Source: Candidatus Anderseniibacteriota bacterium
GTDB taxonomy: Bacteria > Patescibacteriota > JAUYIX01
NCBI GenBank assembly: GCA_046350855.1
Contig: JAXLZM010000001.1
Span: 89,420 to 153,419 of the forward strand
DNA length: 64,000 bases
Direction: 5' to 3'
The translations under genes and the position numbers were made by a program. The notes under the pieces were generated by a model. That model had not been told where the DNA came from. It was given only the letters and a program-made list of their open reading frames with translations, and made no database searches. This document shows positions 50,350-59,488 of the stretch, in pieces. The number at the start of each line of letters is the position of its first letter. Position 1 is the stretch's first letter.

Positions 50350-51006
50350 TCAAGACTGGGCCGGCACACCCAAAATCCAGCCAAAAGTCAGATTGATCAG
50401 CCAACCAAAAAGAGTGCCCAGCACCGAGACCGGTAGGAGTCGATCCACAATAATGAGGCCAAACAACAAAAACGGTCCAAAGCGCTCGAGCCAGTGGGCC
50501 AGGTTGTGCGCACTGCGCGGCAAAAGAGCGAGCAACACTTTTGAACCGTCCAATGGTGGGATGGGGATGAGGTTAAACACGAGCAGCACGATGTTCATCA
50601 AGACGAGCGAGGAGAGAAAAACAAAGATACCGCTGTCCTCGCTAAAAATATCGGCGTTAATCAAGATACGCAGAATCAAGCCAAACAAAATGACCAAGAG
50701 TAGATTGGCGGCGGGACCGGCTAGTCCAACTAAGACCGAGCCGAGACGTGGGTTCTTGAGGTAGCGACTATTAAACTGCACCGGCTTACCCCAGCCAAAA
50801 CCGGCGATGATTAAAAAGAGGGTCCCGAGCGGGTCGAGGTGACGCAAGGGGTTGAGACTGAGGCGACCTTGCTGGCCAGGAGTTGGATCTCCCTGCCAGG
50901 TGGCGGCCAAGGCATGGGAGAACTCGTGCACGGTAATTCCGATCACGAGCGCGATGATTCCGGCAAAAAAGACCAGCGGATTAGTGGCGAGTGAGTCGAT
51001 AGGCAT
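50350..51006 (-). CDS. Site-2 protease (peptidase M50)
   Basis: HEFSH, NPLRHLD, AGP, FNLIPIPPLDG. Confidence 0.95.
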   Translation of the reverse strand: MPIDSLATNPLVFFAGIIALVIGITVHEFSHALAATWQGDPTPGQQGRLSLNPLRHLDPLGTLFLIIAGFGWGKPVQFNSRYLKNPRLGSVLVGLAGPAANLLLVILFGLILRILINADIFSEDSGIFVFLSSLVLMNIVLLVFNLIPIPPLDGSKVLLALLPRSAHNLAHWLERFGPFLLFGLIIVDRLLPVSVLGTLFGWLINLTFGWILGVPAQS

Positions 51007-51063
51007 AGGTTCAGCCTACGGGAGTTGACGCCGAGCCACAAGCTCGGTAGTGTGGCGTGACCT

Positions 51064-51255
51064 ATGGCACAACGCTGTGACATCTGCGGCAGAGGTGCTG
51101 GCAAAGGCAACCGCCGCAGCCACTCCAATATCGCGACGATCGTTAGACGCAAGATCAACTTGCAGCACCGCACTATTGGCGGCAAACGTCACAAAGTTTG
51201 TGTGAACTGCCTCAAGAGCGCCAAGATCGTGGCGCTAGCGGGTGCGCGAGCCTAA
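51064..51255 (+). CDS. rpmB: 50S ribosomal protein bL28 (zinc type)
   Basis: CDICG..GN.RSHS...R...NL, CVNCLK. Confidence 0.94.
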   Translation: MAQRCDICGRGAGKGNRRSHSNIATIVRRKINLQHRTIGGKRHKVCVNCLKSAKIVALAGARA

Positions 51256-51287
51256 TCGCGGTTCGGCCAGCAACCGATAACGAGATA

Positions 51288-51480
51288 CAACAAACCGCCC
51301 TCACAGTGGGCGGTCTATTGGGCCTTGGATGAGACTCCCTGCATGTCTCAAAGGAAAGAGTGGGTACGCCACCAGGGCGTTTTGTAGTCCACTCGCTTGC
51401 AGACCTATGGTAGCCGGCAGGCGAAACTGGACTCCCCAAGGAGAGACGATGTTAATGCGTGAGGAAAAGTCTAATGAGCC
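51288..51480 (-). ncRNA. Candidate structured non-coding RNA C (~190 nt)
   Basis: -10-like TATGCT (51492-51487); multibranch fold closed by CCTTGG/CCAAGG; terminator GACCGCCC/GGGCGGTT-TGTT. Confidence 0.4.
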
Positions 51481-51559
51481 GCGCTCAGCATACGGTCGTT
51501 AGTGTGGTGGCCGGGTGAACGCCAGGTGATGGCTTCACGTTTTTGTCGCGTTTGTGGGT

Positions 51560-52189
51560 CTATTTGACCAGGCCGAACATCGCAGCCCAATCGGCGCGCT
51601 CGTACTCGTGAATATCCTCAGGACCAAACCAGAGGCTGATCTCGTTGGCGGCTTCTTCTTTGTTACCTGAGGCATGAACCACGTTACGAATGCCGCGCTT
51701 CATGGCGTTGGCGAGGGCCGGGCTGTCTTTGGCAAAGTCACCGCGGATCGTGCCGGGTAGCGCAAAAACTGGGAGTGTGTTGCCGATCATCTTGCGGACG
51801 ATATCGATGGCGTTATGTCCCTCCCAAATCATCGAGACGATCGGACCCGAGGTCAGGTAGTCGAGGTTCCAATTAGCGACCATTTTGCCGATCTCGAGGG
51901 GGTCGTTAGTGCCGAGCTCTTTTTTAGCGTCGCGGCCATATTTCTCGTAGCTGCTAAGCGTCTTGCCACCGATACCCTTCATCCATTCTTCGCTCGTAGG
52001 CTGATGACGACCCGCAAAATCACGATCGATCTGGACCATGCGCAGAGCGACGAGTTTAAGTCCGGCTTTTTCAAAGCGGCTGATCACCTCGCCAATCAAA
52101 CCACGCATCACACCGTCGGGCTTAACGAGCACGACCGTGCGTTCTTGTAGTTCTGGGTGAGTTGCAGCTGTTTTGGCTTTGTTTTTCAT
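51560..52189 (-). CDS. ndk: Nucleoside diphosphate kinase
   Basis: ERTVVLVKPDG, PGTIRGDF, NVVHAS. Confidence 0.96.
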   Translation of the reverse strand: MKNKAKTAATHPELQERTVVLVKPDGVMRGLIGEVISRFEKAGLKLVALRMVQIDRDFAGRHQPTSEEWMKGIGGKTLSSYEKYGRDAKKELGTNDPLEIGKMVANWNLDYLTSGPIVSMIWEGHNAIDIVRKMIGNTLPVFALPGTIRGDFAKDSPALANAMKRGIRNVVHASGNKEEAANEISLWFGPEDIHEYERADWAAMFGLVK

Positions 52190-52237
52190 GTTGGTGGCAT
52201 TCTAAGGCAGATGATCCAACAGAGCAACTAAAAGCCA

Positions 52238-53053
52238 TCAGAGCGGAACCGTGATACTCCCCTGCTGATCAGTGCGCTCGATGTTATAGCCGTGCTTGAT
52301 GAGTCGATCCAGGGCTTCTTTGGTTGGATGACCATACCTATTAGTAGCACCGACCGAGATGAGCGCGCGCGTGCCACCAACCGCTGCGAGAAAGTTGTCG
52401 CTAGAACTCGTTTTACTGCCGTGGTGACCGACCTTGAGAATCTCTGCAGCGATTTGAGCGTGTTTCTTGAGCAAAGCGTCTTCTACTTTAAAATCGGCAT
52501 CGCCCGTAAACAGCGCCGAGGTTTTTGCGGTCACGAGTCGCATGACGATACTCCCGGCGTTAGAAGCCTCCTTGGTATCGGGCGGCCAAACAACGTCCAT
52601 GCTAAAACCCTCGCCGCTTACCTTTGATCCGGTGGTAAACGTTTGTGGCTCGAGGCCTTCTTTTTTAATGGACTCAAGTAGCGATCGGCCAGTTTCGGTC
52701 GTCGGTGTTCCGCCATTGGTGGCAAAAGCATCAACATCATATTGCTCCAGTACTCCCTTGAACCCACCGATGTGGTCTGCATCAAAGTGGGTTGCAACGG
52801 CAAGCTCAATCGTGCGATCCGAGAAGGGCAGCTCGCGGGAGAGTTGTTCAACCACTCTATTGCCAGAACCCGCGTCGATTAAAATGTCCTGACCATCGGG
52901 CGTGCGGAGATAGATCGCATCGCCCTGCCCGATATCGAGCATGACCAGGCGCGGCTGCGCCCGGCTCCACTCCTCGTGGGCGATTAGCAGAACGCTCGCG
53001 CAGATAACGAGTACGATTCCCAAACGACGCAGATTGGTGAGCTTGCGGGCCAT
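52238..53053 (-). CDS. ComEC C-terminal-type metallo-beta-lactamase-fold nuclease
   Basis: DIGQGD, THFDADHIGG, FTGD, KVGHHGS, NRYGHP, RTD; start at ATG 53053. Confidence 0.92.
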   Translation of the reverse strand: MARKLTNLRRLGIVLVICASVLLIAHEEWSRAQPRLVMLDIGQGDAIYLRTPDGQDILIDAGSGNRVVEQLSRELPFSDRTIELAVATHFDADHIGGFKGVLEQYDVDAFATNGGTPTTETGRSLLESIKKEGLEPQTFTTGSKVSGEGFSMDVVWPPDTKEASNAGSIVMRLVTAKTSALFTGDADFKVEDALLKKHAQIAAEILKVGHHGSKTSSSDNFLAAVGGTRALISVGATNRYGHPTKEALDRLIKHGYNIERTDQQGSITVPL

Positions 53054-53163
53054 CTGCAGAGTGTACCTCCCATAGATAAAAAATAGATAAAATGCTGCAT
53101 TTGTGGCAGTCTTTTGGATCGGTTCTGGAACGCACTCTGACAACTCGAAAAGGAGCAACTAGT

Positions 53164-54075
53164 ATGTCTGAACGGAACTTTCGGCAACTGCTGACCGAGC
53201 GTCAGCGTGAGACCAACTCGGTCCTGTGTGTCGGGTTTGACCCGACTCCAGACAAGCTACCCGCCATCGTCCGGCGCTGCACTCCCTCGCTCCAGGCGGC
53301 CATGCTGCTCTGGATGAAGGAGATCTTTGACGCCACGGCGCCGTTCATGTCGCTGGCCAAACCGAACCACGCTTTTTGGGAGCGGTTCGATGGCACGCGC
53401 GAGCTGACCCATCTGATCGCCCACATGCACTACAAAAAGCCGGGGATCCCGGTCTTTTTGGACTGCAAGCGCGGCGACATCGGCAACACGCAGGAGCAAT
53501 ACCGTATCGGGCACTTTGATCTCGAAGGTGTCGACGGGATGAACTACAACGGCTACATGGGCGACGACACGCTCAAAGCGCTGATCGACAAGAACCATCC
53601 GGGTCGCAGCCTGGTCGGGCTCGGACGGACCAGCAATCCTTCGGCCTGGAAGATCCAGGATCTCATGCTCGACAACGGCCAGCAGGTCTGGGAGCGTATG
53701 GTTTTCGAGATTCTGCTCTGGTCGGAGGAGCTGGGCGTCCTCGACAACGCGGGTGTGGTCATGGGCGCGGCACACGCAAACCCAGCTAAGGACAAGAATC
53801 CGCCGATCTATGCCCGGCATCTGGTACGGGCACGCGAGATCGCGCGGAAGCGCCTCTGGTTCCTAATCCCCGGGATTGGAACCCAAGGTGGATTCGTGGA
53901 GGAAACAATAATCAGCGCCTTCGCTGGAGCTGGCACCATCGCCATCAACTCATCATCAGGAATTATCTTTGCCTCGCAGGGCGACGACTTCGCAGAAGCC
54001 GCCGCTCGGGAGGCCGAGAAGCTCATGCTCCAGATGCGCAACGCTGGAGCGGACTGCCTTAAGGAGACTGCATAA
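53164..54075 (+). CDS. pyrF: Orotidine-5'-phosphate decarboxylase (type 2)
   Basis: LCVGFDP, DCKRGDIGNT, RTSNP, LIPGIGTQGG, INSS; AAGGAG before ATG 53164. Confidence 0.92.
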   Translation: MSERNFRQLLTERQRETNSVLCVGFDPTPDKLPAIVRRCTPSLQAAMLLWMKEIFDATAPFMSLAKPNHAFWERFDGTRELTHLIAHMHYKKPGIPVFLDCKRGDIGNTQEQYRIGHFDLEGVDGMNYNGYMGDDTLKALIDKNHPGRSLVGLGRTSNPSAWKIQDLMLDNGQQVWERMVFEILLWSEELGVLDNAGVVMGAAHANPAKDKNPPIYARHLVRAREIARKRLWFLIPGIGTQGGFVEETIISAFAGAGTIAINSSSGIIFASQGDDFAEAAAREAEKLMLQMRNAGADCLKETA

Positions 54076-54095
54076 AATCAGGAGGTACGAACGAT

Positions 54096-54129
54096 GCCTG
54101 TCCAGTTAATCTGGGCAGGTTTTTCTTTT
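54096..54129 (+). terminator. Intrinsic terminator after pyrF
   Basis: CCTGTCCAG-TTAAT-CTGGGCAGG-TTTTTCTTTT. Confidence 0.8.
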
Positions 54130-54138
54130 GCGCTAGAT

Positions 54139-55005
54139 TTAGAGTTCACCAGACTTTTGCAGGGAGAACTTTAAATCACAAGCGGGAAAAGCTTTCTCCG
54201 CGGCGAGCTCCGGCTCACAAGCCTCCTCACAACTCCAATCGAACCAGACATACGGACCATTGCTGGTAAACGAGTACGACTCAGCCTTAAAGGCCTCGCA
54301 AAAGTGGCCCTCGGGTGTTGGATTAACGATCGAGAGCACTCCACTAAACCCGTCGCGCTTAAATTGTTCTTCGATTTGCGCTTTAGCGATGGCACGCACT
54401 CCTTTATGTTTGACGGCCAGATCCAAGAATTTTTCAAGCGTGTAGGATTTTTCTTTGGCGGGCTTGGTGGGAGCCAGCGCTTCTTTGACTTCCTGCGCGC
54501 CCGATTTTTGTTTTTGTGCCACACGCGCAAAACCAAGCAGAACGTCTTGGTGCTTACCCAGTTTGGTGGATTCTTTTTCTAGATGTTGGCGTGGACTAAA
54601 GTTGAGTAAGCGCTCTGCGACTCCGGCAGTTTTAAGATACGAGCGCGATTTATCTTGGGTCATGGGTTGAGGTTCTTCAGCGCGCTGACCGTCGGTCACG
54701 GCCCACATGGCAATTTTGTCGCGGCTGACCGGCTCAACGATCCAGCCGGTTCCGCCAGACTCACCGGCGATGGCGGAGGCCAACTCCACATCGAGGGGCT
54801 CATCACCGTGAGCAGCTACGACCGACCAATCGCCCTCTTGCGAGACCACAAAAACAGCGCCAGCGGGATGTTTTTCTTTGCCAAGTTCCGCCGCCTCTGC
54901 CGTCGCCGACACCGGGGTGAACTCCTCACCTTTGAGCACAGCACGTACGGCTGGAGCGACCTTACGCGGCTCTTGTTCGAGATACAGTAAAACGACCTTT
55001 TTCAT
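54139..55005 (-). CDS. Hypothetical protein, 288 aa
   Basis: Long ORF filling the gap between the comEC membrane gene and pyrF. Confidence 0.75.
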   Translation of the reverse strand: MKKVVLLYLEQEPRKVAPAVRAVLKGEEFTPVSATAEAAELGKEKHPAGAVFVVSQEGDWSVVAAHGDEPLDVELASAIAGESGGTGWIVEPVSRDKIAMWAVTDGQRAEEPQPMTQDKSRSYLKTAGVAERLLNFSPRQHLEKESTKLGKHQDVLLGFARVAQKQKSGAQEVKEALAPTKPAKEKSYTLEKFLDLAVKHKGVRAIAKAQIEEQFKRDGFSGVLSIVNPTPEGHFCEAFKAESYSFTSNGPYVWFDWSCEEACEPELAAEKAFPACDLKFSLQKSGEL

Positions 55006-55023
55006 GTGTTGGTTTGTATGCGG

Positions 55024-56175
55024 TCATAGTAGCAAAGGTCGCTGGGCGCGGCGTTTGTGGATGCGCTTGAGGGCTAGCTGCGCCACGCTGATACTGGCAA
55101 CCGCGCCTAGCGTGATCGTCCAGGCCACGAGCGGACGGATTTGGAGGCTTGCTCGCGGGAGGTGTGCGCCTCCGTGTGCGATCGATGCGAGCACCTGTAT
55201 GAGGTAGGCCGTCGGTATGCCTGCGAGGTGGCCCACGAGAGTTGAGCCGCCCACTAATCCGGCAGAACCGGTTGCCATAATCAGAGGGATCAGTGGTGCC
55301 GCCAGGATGTTGGCAAAAATTCCGTAGACCGGGACGACGCCAAAGACGGAGACCACGATCGGCAGGGTCGCGAGACTGGCGGCAATACTGGTGGTCGCGG
55401 CGTCGCGCATCCCGATTGGGTTGGGCAGCTTGTGTACGAGTCGCTGGAGCAACGGGCCAAGCGACAACAACCCAAAAGTAGCCGCGACCGACAGTTGAAA
55501 ACCAACATCAAAGCGCAGCACGTACGGGTTCCAAAAAATCAGCGCCGTTGCCGCAACGAGTAAGGCTCGTCGCGCATCCCCACCCCTGCCGCTGGTATTG
55601 ACGAGCGCCGCGATACCGCCCATCAGTCCGGCCCGCACGACGGGTGGTCCAGCGCCGCACAAGACGACATAGGCGACGACCAGTGCAATGATCACACTGG
55701 TACGCGTTCTTTTGCCGACCAGCCCTTGCGTCAGTCGGCCCACCACCAACGCCACGATCGTTACGTTAAAGCCGCTCACCGCGAGCAGGTGCGACAGCCC
55801 ACTCGCCCGCATGTCGTCCACAAACGTTTGCGGAATCTCATCGCGATACCCAAACAAAACCCCCGCCGTCAACCCTGCCGCCGGATAGGGCACCGCTGCA
55901 TTGATCCTCGCCACTGCAGTTTTTTGTACCGCCGTCACCATCGGCTGAACTCCTACTCCATTTGCTCCGGCTATCCCCGCAAACGGCAACAAAACCCGTA
56001 AGCCACCCAGCAGGATACCGAGTGCTGCATACCGTGTGGCTCGGGATGGTGCAACAAATCCGATCAAAATTAGCAGCAACGCTGCGATAGCTGGCCAACG
56101 GTTCACCCCGGTGGCGGCCCAGATACCGGCACAAAATCCGAGCAGTGCAAAGGTTGGCACAGACTTGCTAGCCAT
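55024..56175 (-). CDS. ComEC/Rec2 competence membrane domain
   Basis: GLSHLLAVSGFN, PVVRAGLM, DVGFQLS. Confidence 0.93.
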   Translation of the reverse strand: MASKSVPTFALLGFCAGIWAATGVNRWPAIAALLLILIGFVAPSRATRYAALGILLGGLRVLLPFAGIAGANGVGVQPMVTAVQKTAVARINAAVPYPAAGLTAGVLFGYRDEIPQTFVDDMRASGLSHLLAVSGFNVTIVALVVGRLTQGLVGKRTRTSVIIALVVAYVVLCGAGPPVVRAGLMGGIAALVNTSGRGGDARRALLVAATALIFWNPYVLRFDVGFQLSVAATFGLLSLGPLLQRLVHKLPNPIGMRDAATTSIAASLATLPIVVSVFGVVPVYGIFANILAAPLIPLIMATGSAGLVGGSTLVGHLAGIPTAYLIQVLASIAHGGAHLPRASLQIRPLVAWTITLGAVASISVAQLALKRIHKRRAQRPLLL

Positions 56176-56311
56176 GTGTGCTCACGTAGCACGGTGACCT
56201 TAACAAAAGATAAAAAGAAAAGAGCGCCCGGGAGCGGACACTCTTTTCGACACTTCCTACTTTTGTTTTACGGGTGGCTGATCTAGTGGCCGAACCGCCC
56301 GTTCACCCCAT

Positions 56312-57496
56312 TTATTTCTTCATCTTTTTACGGATAAAGGCTGGGATGTCGAGTTCATTTTCGTTGCCGAGCTTGGCGTCGTCCGAGCTACTAGGTGCAG
56401 TAGAGCTAACGCGAGCCATCTCATGCGTCTTAAACGGCATACCAAAGATCGGCGCAGAAGGACGGGCCGGTGCAGCCGGTCGAGCCTCGCTGCGTCTGGC
56501 GCTAGCCGGAACCATAAAGCCACGGCTGATCGAGACCGGTCGGTTACCGCCCTCAAAGCCGGTGGCGATGACGGTGACCTTCATCTCGTCACCCATGTCT
56601 GGATCGATCACGGCACCAAAGATCACTTTGGCGTTGGGGTCGACCGACTCGGTGATGATCTTGGCGGCTTCGTCGATTTCAACCATACCGAGATCCTCGC
56701 CGGCGGTTACGTTAAACAAGATGCCTTTAGCTCCGTTGATGGAGAGTTCCAGCAAGGGCGAGTCGACCGCTTGTTTGGCGGCTTGTGAGGCGCGCTCTTC
56801 GCCGGTGGCACGACCCATGCCCATGAGGGCGCTACCCGCATCCCGCATAATGGCGCGCACATCGGCAAAGTCGACGTTAACGAGTCCCGGGACGGTAATC
56901 AGATCCGAGATCGACTGCACACCCTGGAACAAGACCTCATCCACGATCGAGAAGGCTTCGAGCAGCGTGGTTTTTTTGTCGATCACCTGAAAAATCCGAT
57001 CGTTAGGGATTACGATCATGGTGTCGACTTTTTCTTGGAGCTCCTCTAAGCCGGACTGCGCGATTGCTTTGCGCTGCGCACCCTCAAAATCAAATGGCTT
57101 GGTAACCACGGCGACCGTGAGAGCCCCCGCATCACGAGCCGCTTGCGCGATGACCGGGGCTGCTCCCGTGCCCGTGCCACCACCAAGTCCGCAGCTCACA
57201 AAAACCATATCGGCACCCTTAACCACCTCGTGGATTTCTTCGAGCGATTCCTCCGCAGCAGCCTTACCTACAGATGGGTCCATACCGGCACCCAATCCGC
57301 GAGTCAGCGTTTTGCCAATGTGAATCTTGGTACCTGCATCGTTATGGTGCAGGGCTTGGGCATCCGTATTCACGGCGATAAATTCAACACCTTTAATACG
57401 GTTCTGGATCATGCGCTGGAGCGCAGCGTTACCAGAGCCGCCCACGCCAACCACCTTAATCTTGGCGAACGTCTCGATCTCGGGCTTAATTTCCAT
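56312..57496 (-). CDS. ftsZ: Cell division protein FtsZ
   Basis: GVGGSG, NTDAQAL, GGGTGTG, NVDFAD, LDIPAFIR. Confidence 0.99.
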   Translation of the reverse strand: MEIKPEIETFAKIKVVGVGGSGNAALQRMIQNRIKGVEFIAVNTDAQALHHNDAGTKIHIGKTLTRGLGAGMDPSVGKAAAEESLEEIHEVVKGADMVFVSCGLGGGTGTGAAPVIAQAARDAGALTVAVVTKPFDFEGAQRKAIAQSGLEELQEKVDTMIVIPNDRIFQVIDKKTTLLEAFSIVDEVLFQGVQSISDLITVPGLVNVDFADVRAIMRDAGSALMGMGRATGEERASQAAKQAVDSPLLELSINGAKGILFNVTAGEDLGMVEIDEAAKIITESVDPNAKVIFGAVIDPDMGDEMKVTVIATGFEGGNRPVSISRGFMVPASARRSEARPAAPARPSAPIFGMPFKTHEMARVSSTAPSSSDDAKLGNENELDIPAFIRKKMKK

Positions 57497-57781
57497 GGAC
57501 TAAAATCCTTGTGTTACTAAGTAAAAACAGGAAGTACTGCGATAGTAAAACAAATAGTGTTCAAGACAAGACGTTTACTGAAACAAAATAATGTTCAGGC
57601 AAGTAGCTCTATAATGCCCTCTTAGCTCCTATAGAAGGGCCTGAAATCTAAGAGTGTTCAGTTTATCCACTGAACCGGTTTGAGGTTCGATGCGCAAAAA
57701 GGTTTTATGGCCCAGTACGAAAAAAAGAAAAAGCGGACCGACCTTGGTTGGTCGATCCGCTGTGCTAAAGACCAGGGTTAC

Positions 57782-59488
57782 CTAGTCCTTTGCGGTTAAC
57801 GCGTCTCGCAGCACCCCCGGGCTAAGCGGGCCATGTGGTCTAAAGAGATACGACCACGTGACCGCGCCATCCGGATGCTCTACCAGCTGCAACCGTCGTA
57901 CGGTCCGCTCGGTAGGTGTGTAGGTCGGTTGCTCGACCCATACCATGACCTTTCCCTCACTGGCCTGGTACGAGTCATCAGGCGATAACACGTACGTCGT
58001 ACCGTTGGCATGGTGTACCGACCGAAACGGATAGTCACTCTTTGAGCGCAAAAGACGTGAGCGCGGAAGCAGTTCCTCCACAAAGTCCAAGTCTCGTACC
58101 AGACCATTGTGTCGATCCCGTTCCAGCATCTCCGCCAAGCGTTTACGGTTAGCGACACGTCGCGATTCCAGCAACAGCCTCGCTCGCTCTCGCCACTCGT
58201 CCAGCACTGCCGGGTTCAGCGAAATCGTAACGCTGCGATGGTGCTCGGACAGCGTGCACGATTCGATCCGTAGCTCTGATGGCAGCGTAGCCTTGAGCAG
58301 CTTGTGGTCGAGCCCTTCTGCGTCAAAGAGCAGGTTGAACTGTGCCGTCGCCGCAAAAAAGTACAAACGGGACAGCGTGTTCCCCTCCGGAACAATATTG
58401 ATCACTCCCACAGAGTCCATCTTGATCGGTTGCCGAATACGCTGGGCAAGCGCGGCCCGTCGTTCTTCTTCTTCCTTGGCCTCCTGGGCGGCTTTTTGGG
58501 CCTCCCGCTGGGCAACCTCCTCCTTCCAGAGTTGCGTGGCCTGCGCGGTCCACGCATCCCAGGTTACCTGATCAAATTGCACATCTGCCCACTGTTTTTG
58601 CGGCAGAAATCGATCGATCCGCTTGAGTCGCAGCATCGCCGGTACTGCTTGGAGGACAAACTTGCCATCAAACGAAAACCAGTTGACCGCATGCACCGTA
58701 AAGCCCTTATAGGTTAGGACGATTTGTGCATACTGTACCTCGATCTGGTCGAATCGTTCGGTAGGCACCCCCTTGAGCAGTTGCTTAGCTACTTTAGCCC
58801 AAGCTAGTTCGCAGTCCTTTTGAGCACTCGCAAGTTGTGTGCGTACCTCCTCGAGCTCGTTGAGCGTAATCTCGGACTTGAGCCCAAGGTACCCCTTGTA
58901 CTGGTCGAACAACTCCAACTCCGCCTTGGTCAGAATGTCACTCGCCGCAAAGACGCAGTGATGCTTGTAGTAGGTCACCAGCGCCTCGGCATGCTCCTGC
59001 GAAGGAGGATAGCCCAGGGCTAAGACATGTCGTCGTGTCGTTTGGAGCGAGATCGGGAGCTCCGTCTGCGCCTCGAGCCAGGCTTTGATCGAGGCAATCG
59101 TTTTGCGTGGTTCTCCCTGCGGGCCAAGGGCCCGGTTGAGATACCAGAGCAACCCCCGCTTGTAGCCCGCTATCTCCCTGCGCACCGCTCGGATTTGACC
59201 GGTGCAGTTAAAGATGATGAGTTTTTCAGCACAATCGTGACCGATGATCGCACGCAGTTCCGGATCGTCCTTGCGGATGATGACTGCGTGCATCTTGATT
59301 GCCTGATGACAAAGCTGGCAGTTACCAGAGTGCGAGCTCCGGCTGAACTCCACCACCTCCCACAAGCCACGCAGTGCTTTGAGGCTCCGACTCCCCTTTT
59401 TGCCCGAGAGCAGCCGCAAGTTCTCCTCAAACGAAATCGAACGGGATCCAAGCTTTTGCTGCTTGGTAATAAAGTCTTTTTTAGTCAA
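57782..59488 (-). CDS. Large orphan protein (~568 aa) inserted between ftsA and ftsZ
   Basis: TTG start 6 nt after AAGGAGG; CQLC...GHDC putative zinc site; central coiled coil; own promoter (TTGACA 59610-59605, TACAAC 59587-59582) and terminator (~57720-57762). Confidence 0.75.
   Translation of the reverse strand: MTKKDFITKQQKLGSRSISFEENLRLLSGKKGSRSLKALRGLWEVVEFSRSSHSGNCQLCHQAIKMHAVIIRKDDPELRAIIGHDCAEKLIIFNCTGQIRAVRREIAGYKRGLLWYLNRALGPQGEPRKTIASIKAWLEAQTELPISLQTTRRHVLALGYPPSQEHAEALVTYYKHHCVFAASDILTKAELELFDQYKGYLGLKSEITLNELEEVRTQLASAQKDCELAWAKVAKQLLKGVPTERFDQIEVQYAQIVLTYKGFTVHAVNWFSFDGKFVLQAVPAMLRLKRIDRFLPQKQWADVQFDQVTWDAWTAQATQLWKEEVAQREAQKAAQEAKEEEERRAALAQRIRQPIKMDSVGVINIVPEGNTLSRLYFFAATAQFNLLFDAEGLDHKLLKATLPSELRIESCTLSEHHRSVTISLNPAVLDEWRERARLLLESRRVANRKRLAEMLERDRHNGLVRDLDFVEELLPRSRLLRSKSDYPFRSVHHANGTTYVLSPDDSYQASEGKVMVWVEQPTYTPTERTVRRLQLVEHPDGAVTWSYLFRPHGPLSPGVLRDALTAKD

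Noticed and set aside
49745-50396. Short track ORFs across RNA B and the 13-codon MAKRGHVRVGRGG
   Set aside because: The track ORFs are antisense to the promoter or cross the terminator. The SD-GTG spacing of the minigene is only 2 nt.
51461-51500. GAGGAAAAGTC (RNase P-like) and GAGCCG...CGGTC (group II intron domain V-like) on the plus strand
   Set aside because: Short coincidental matches. The partner motifs are absent and the real rnpB is at 21821-22272.
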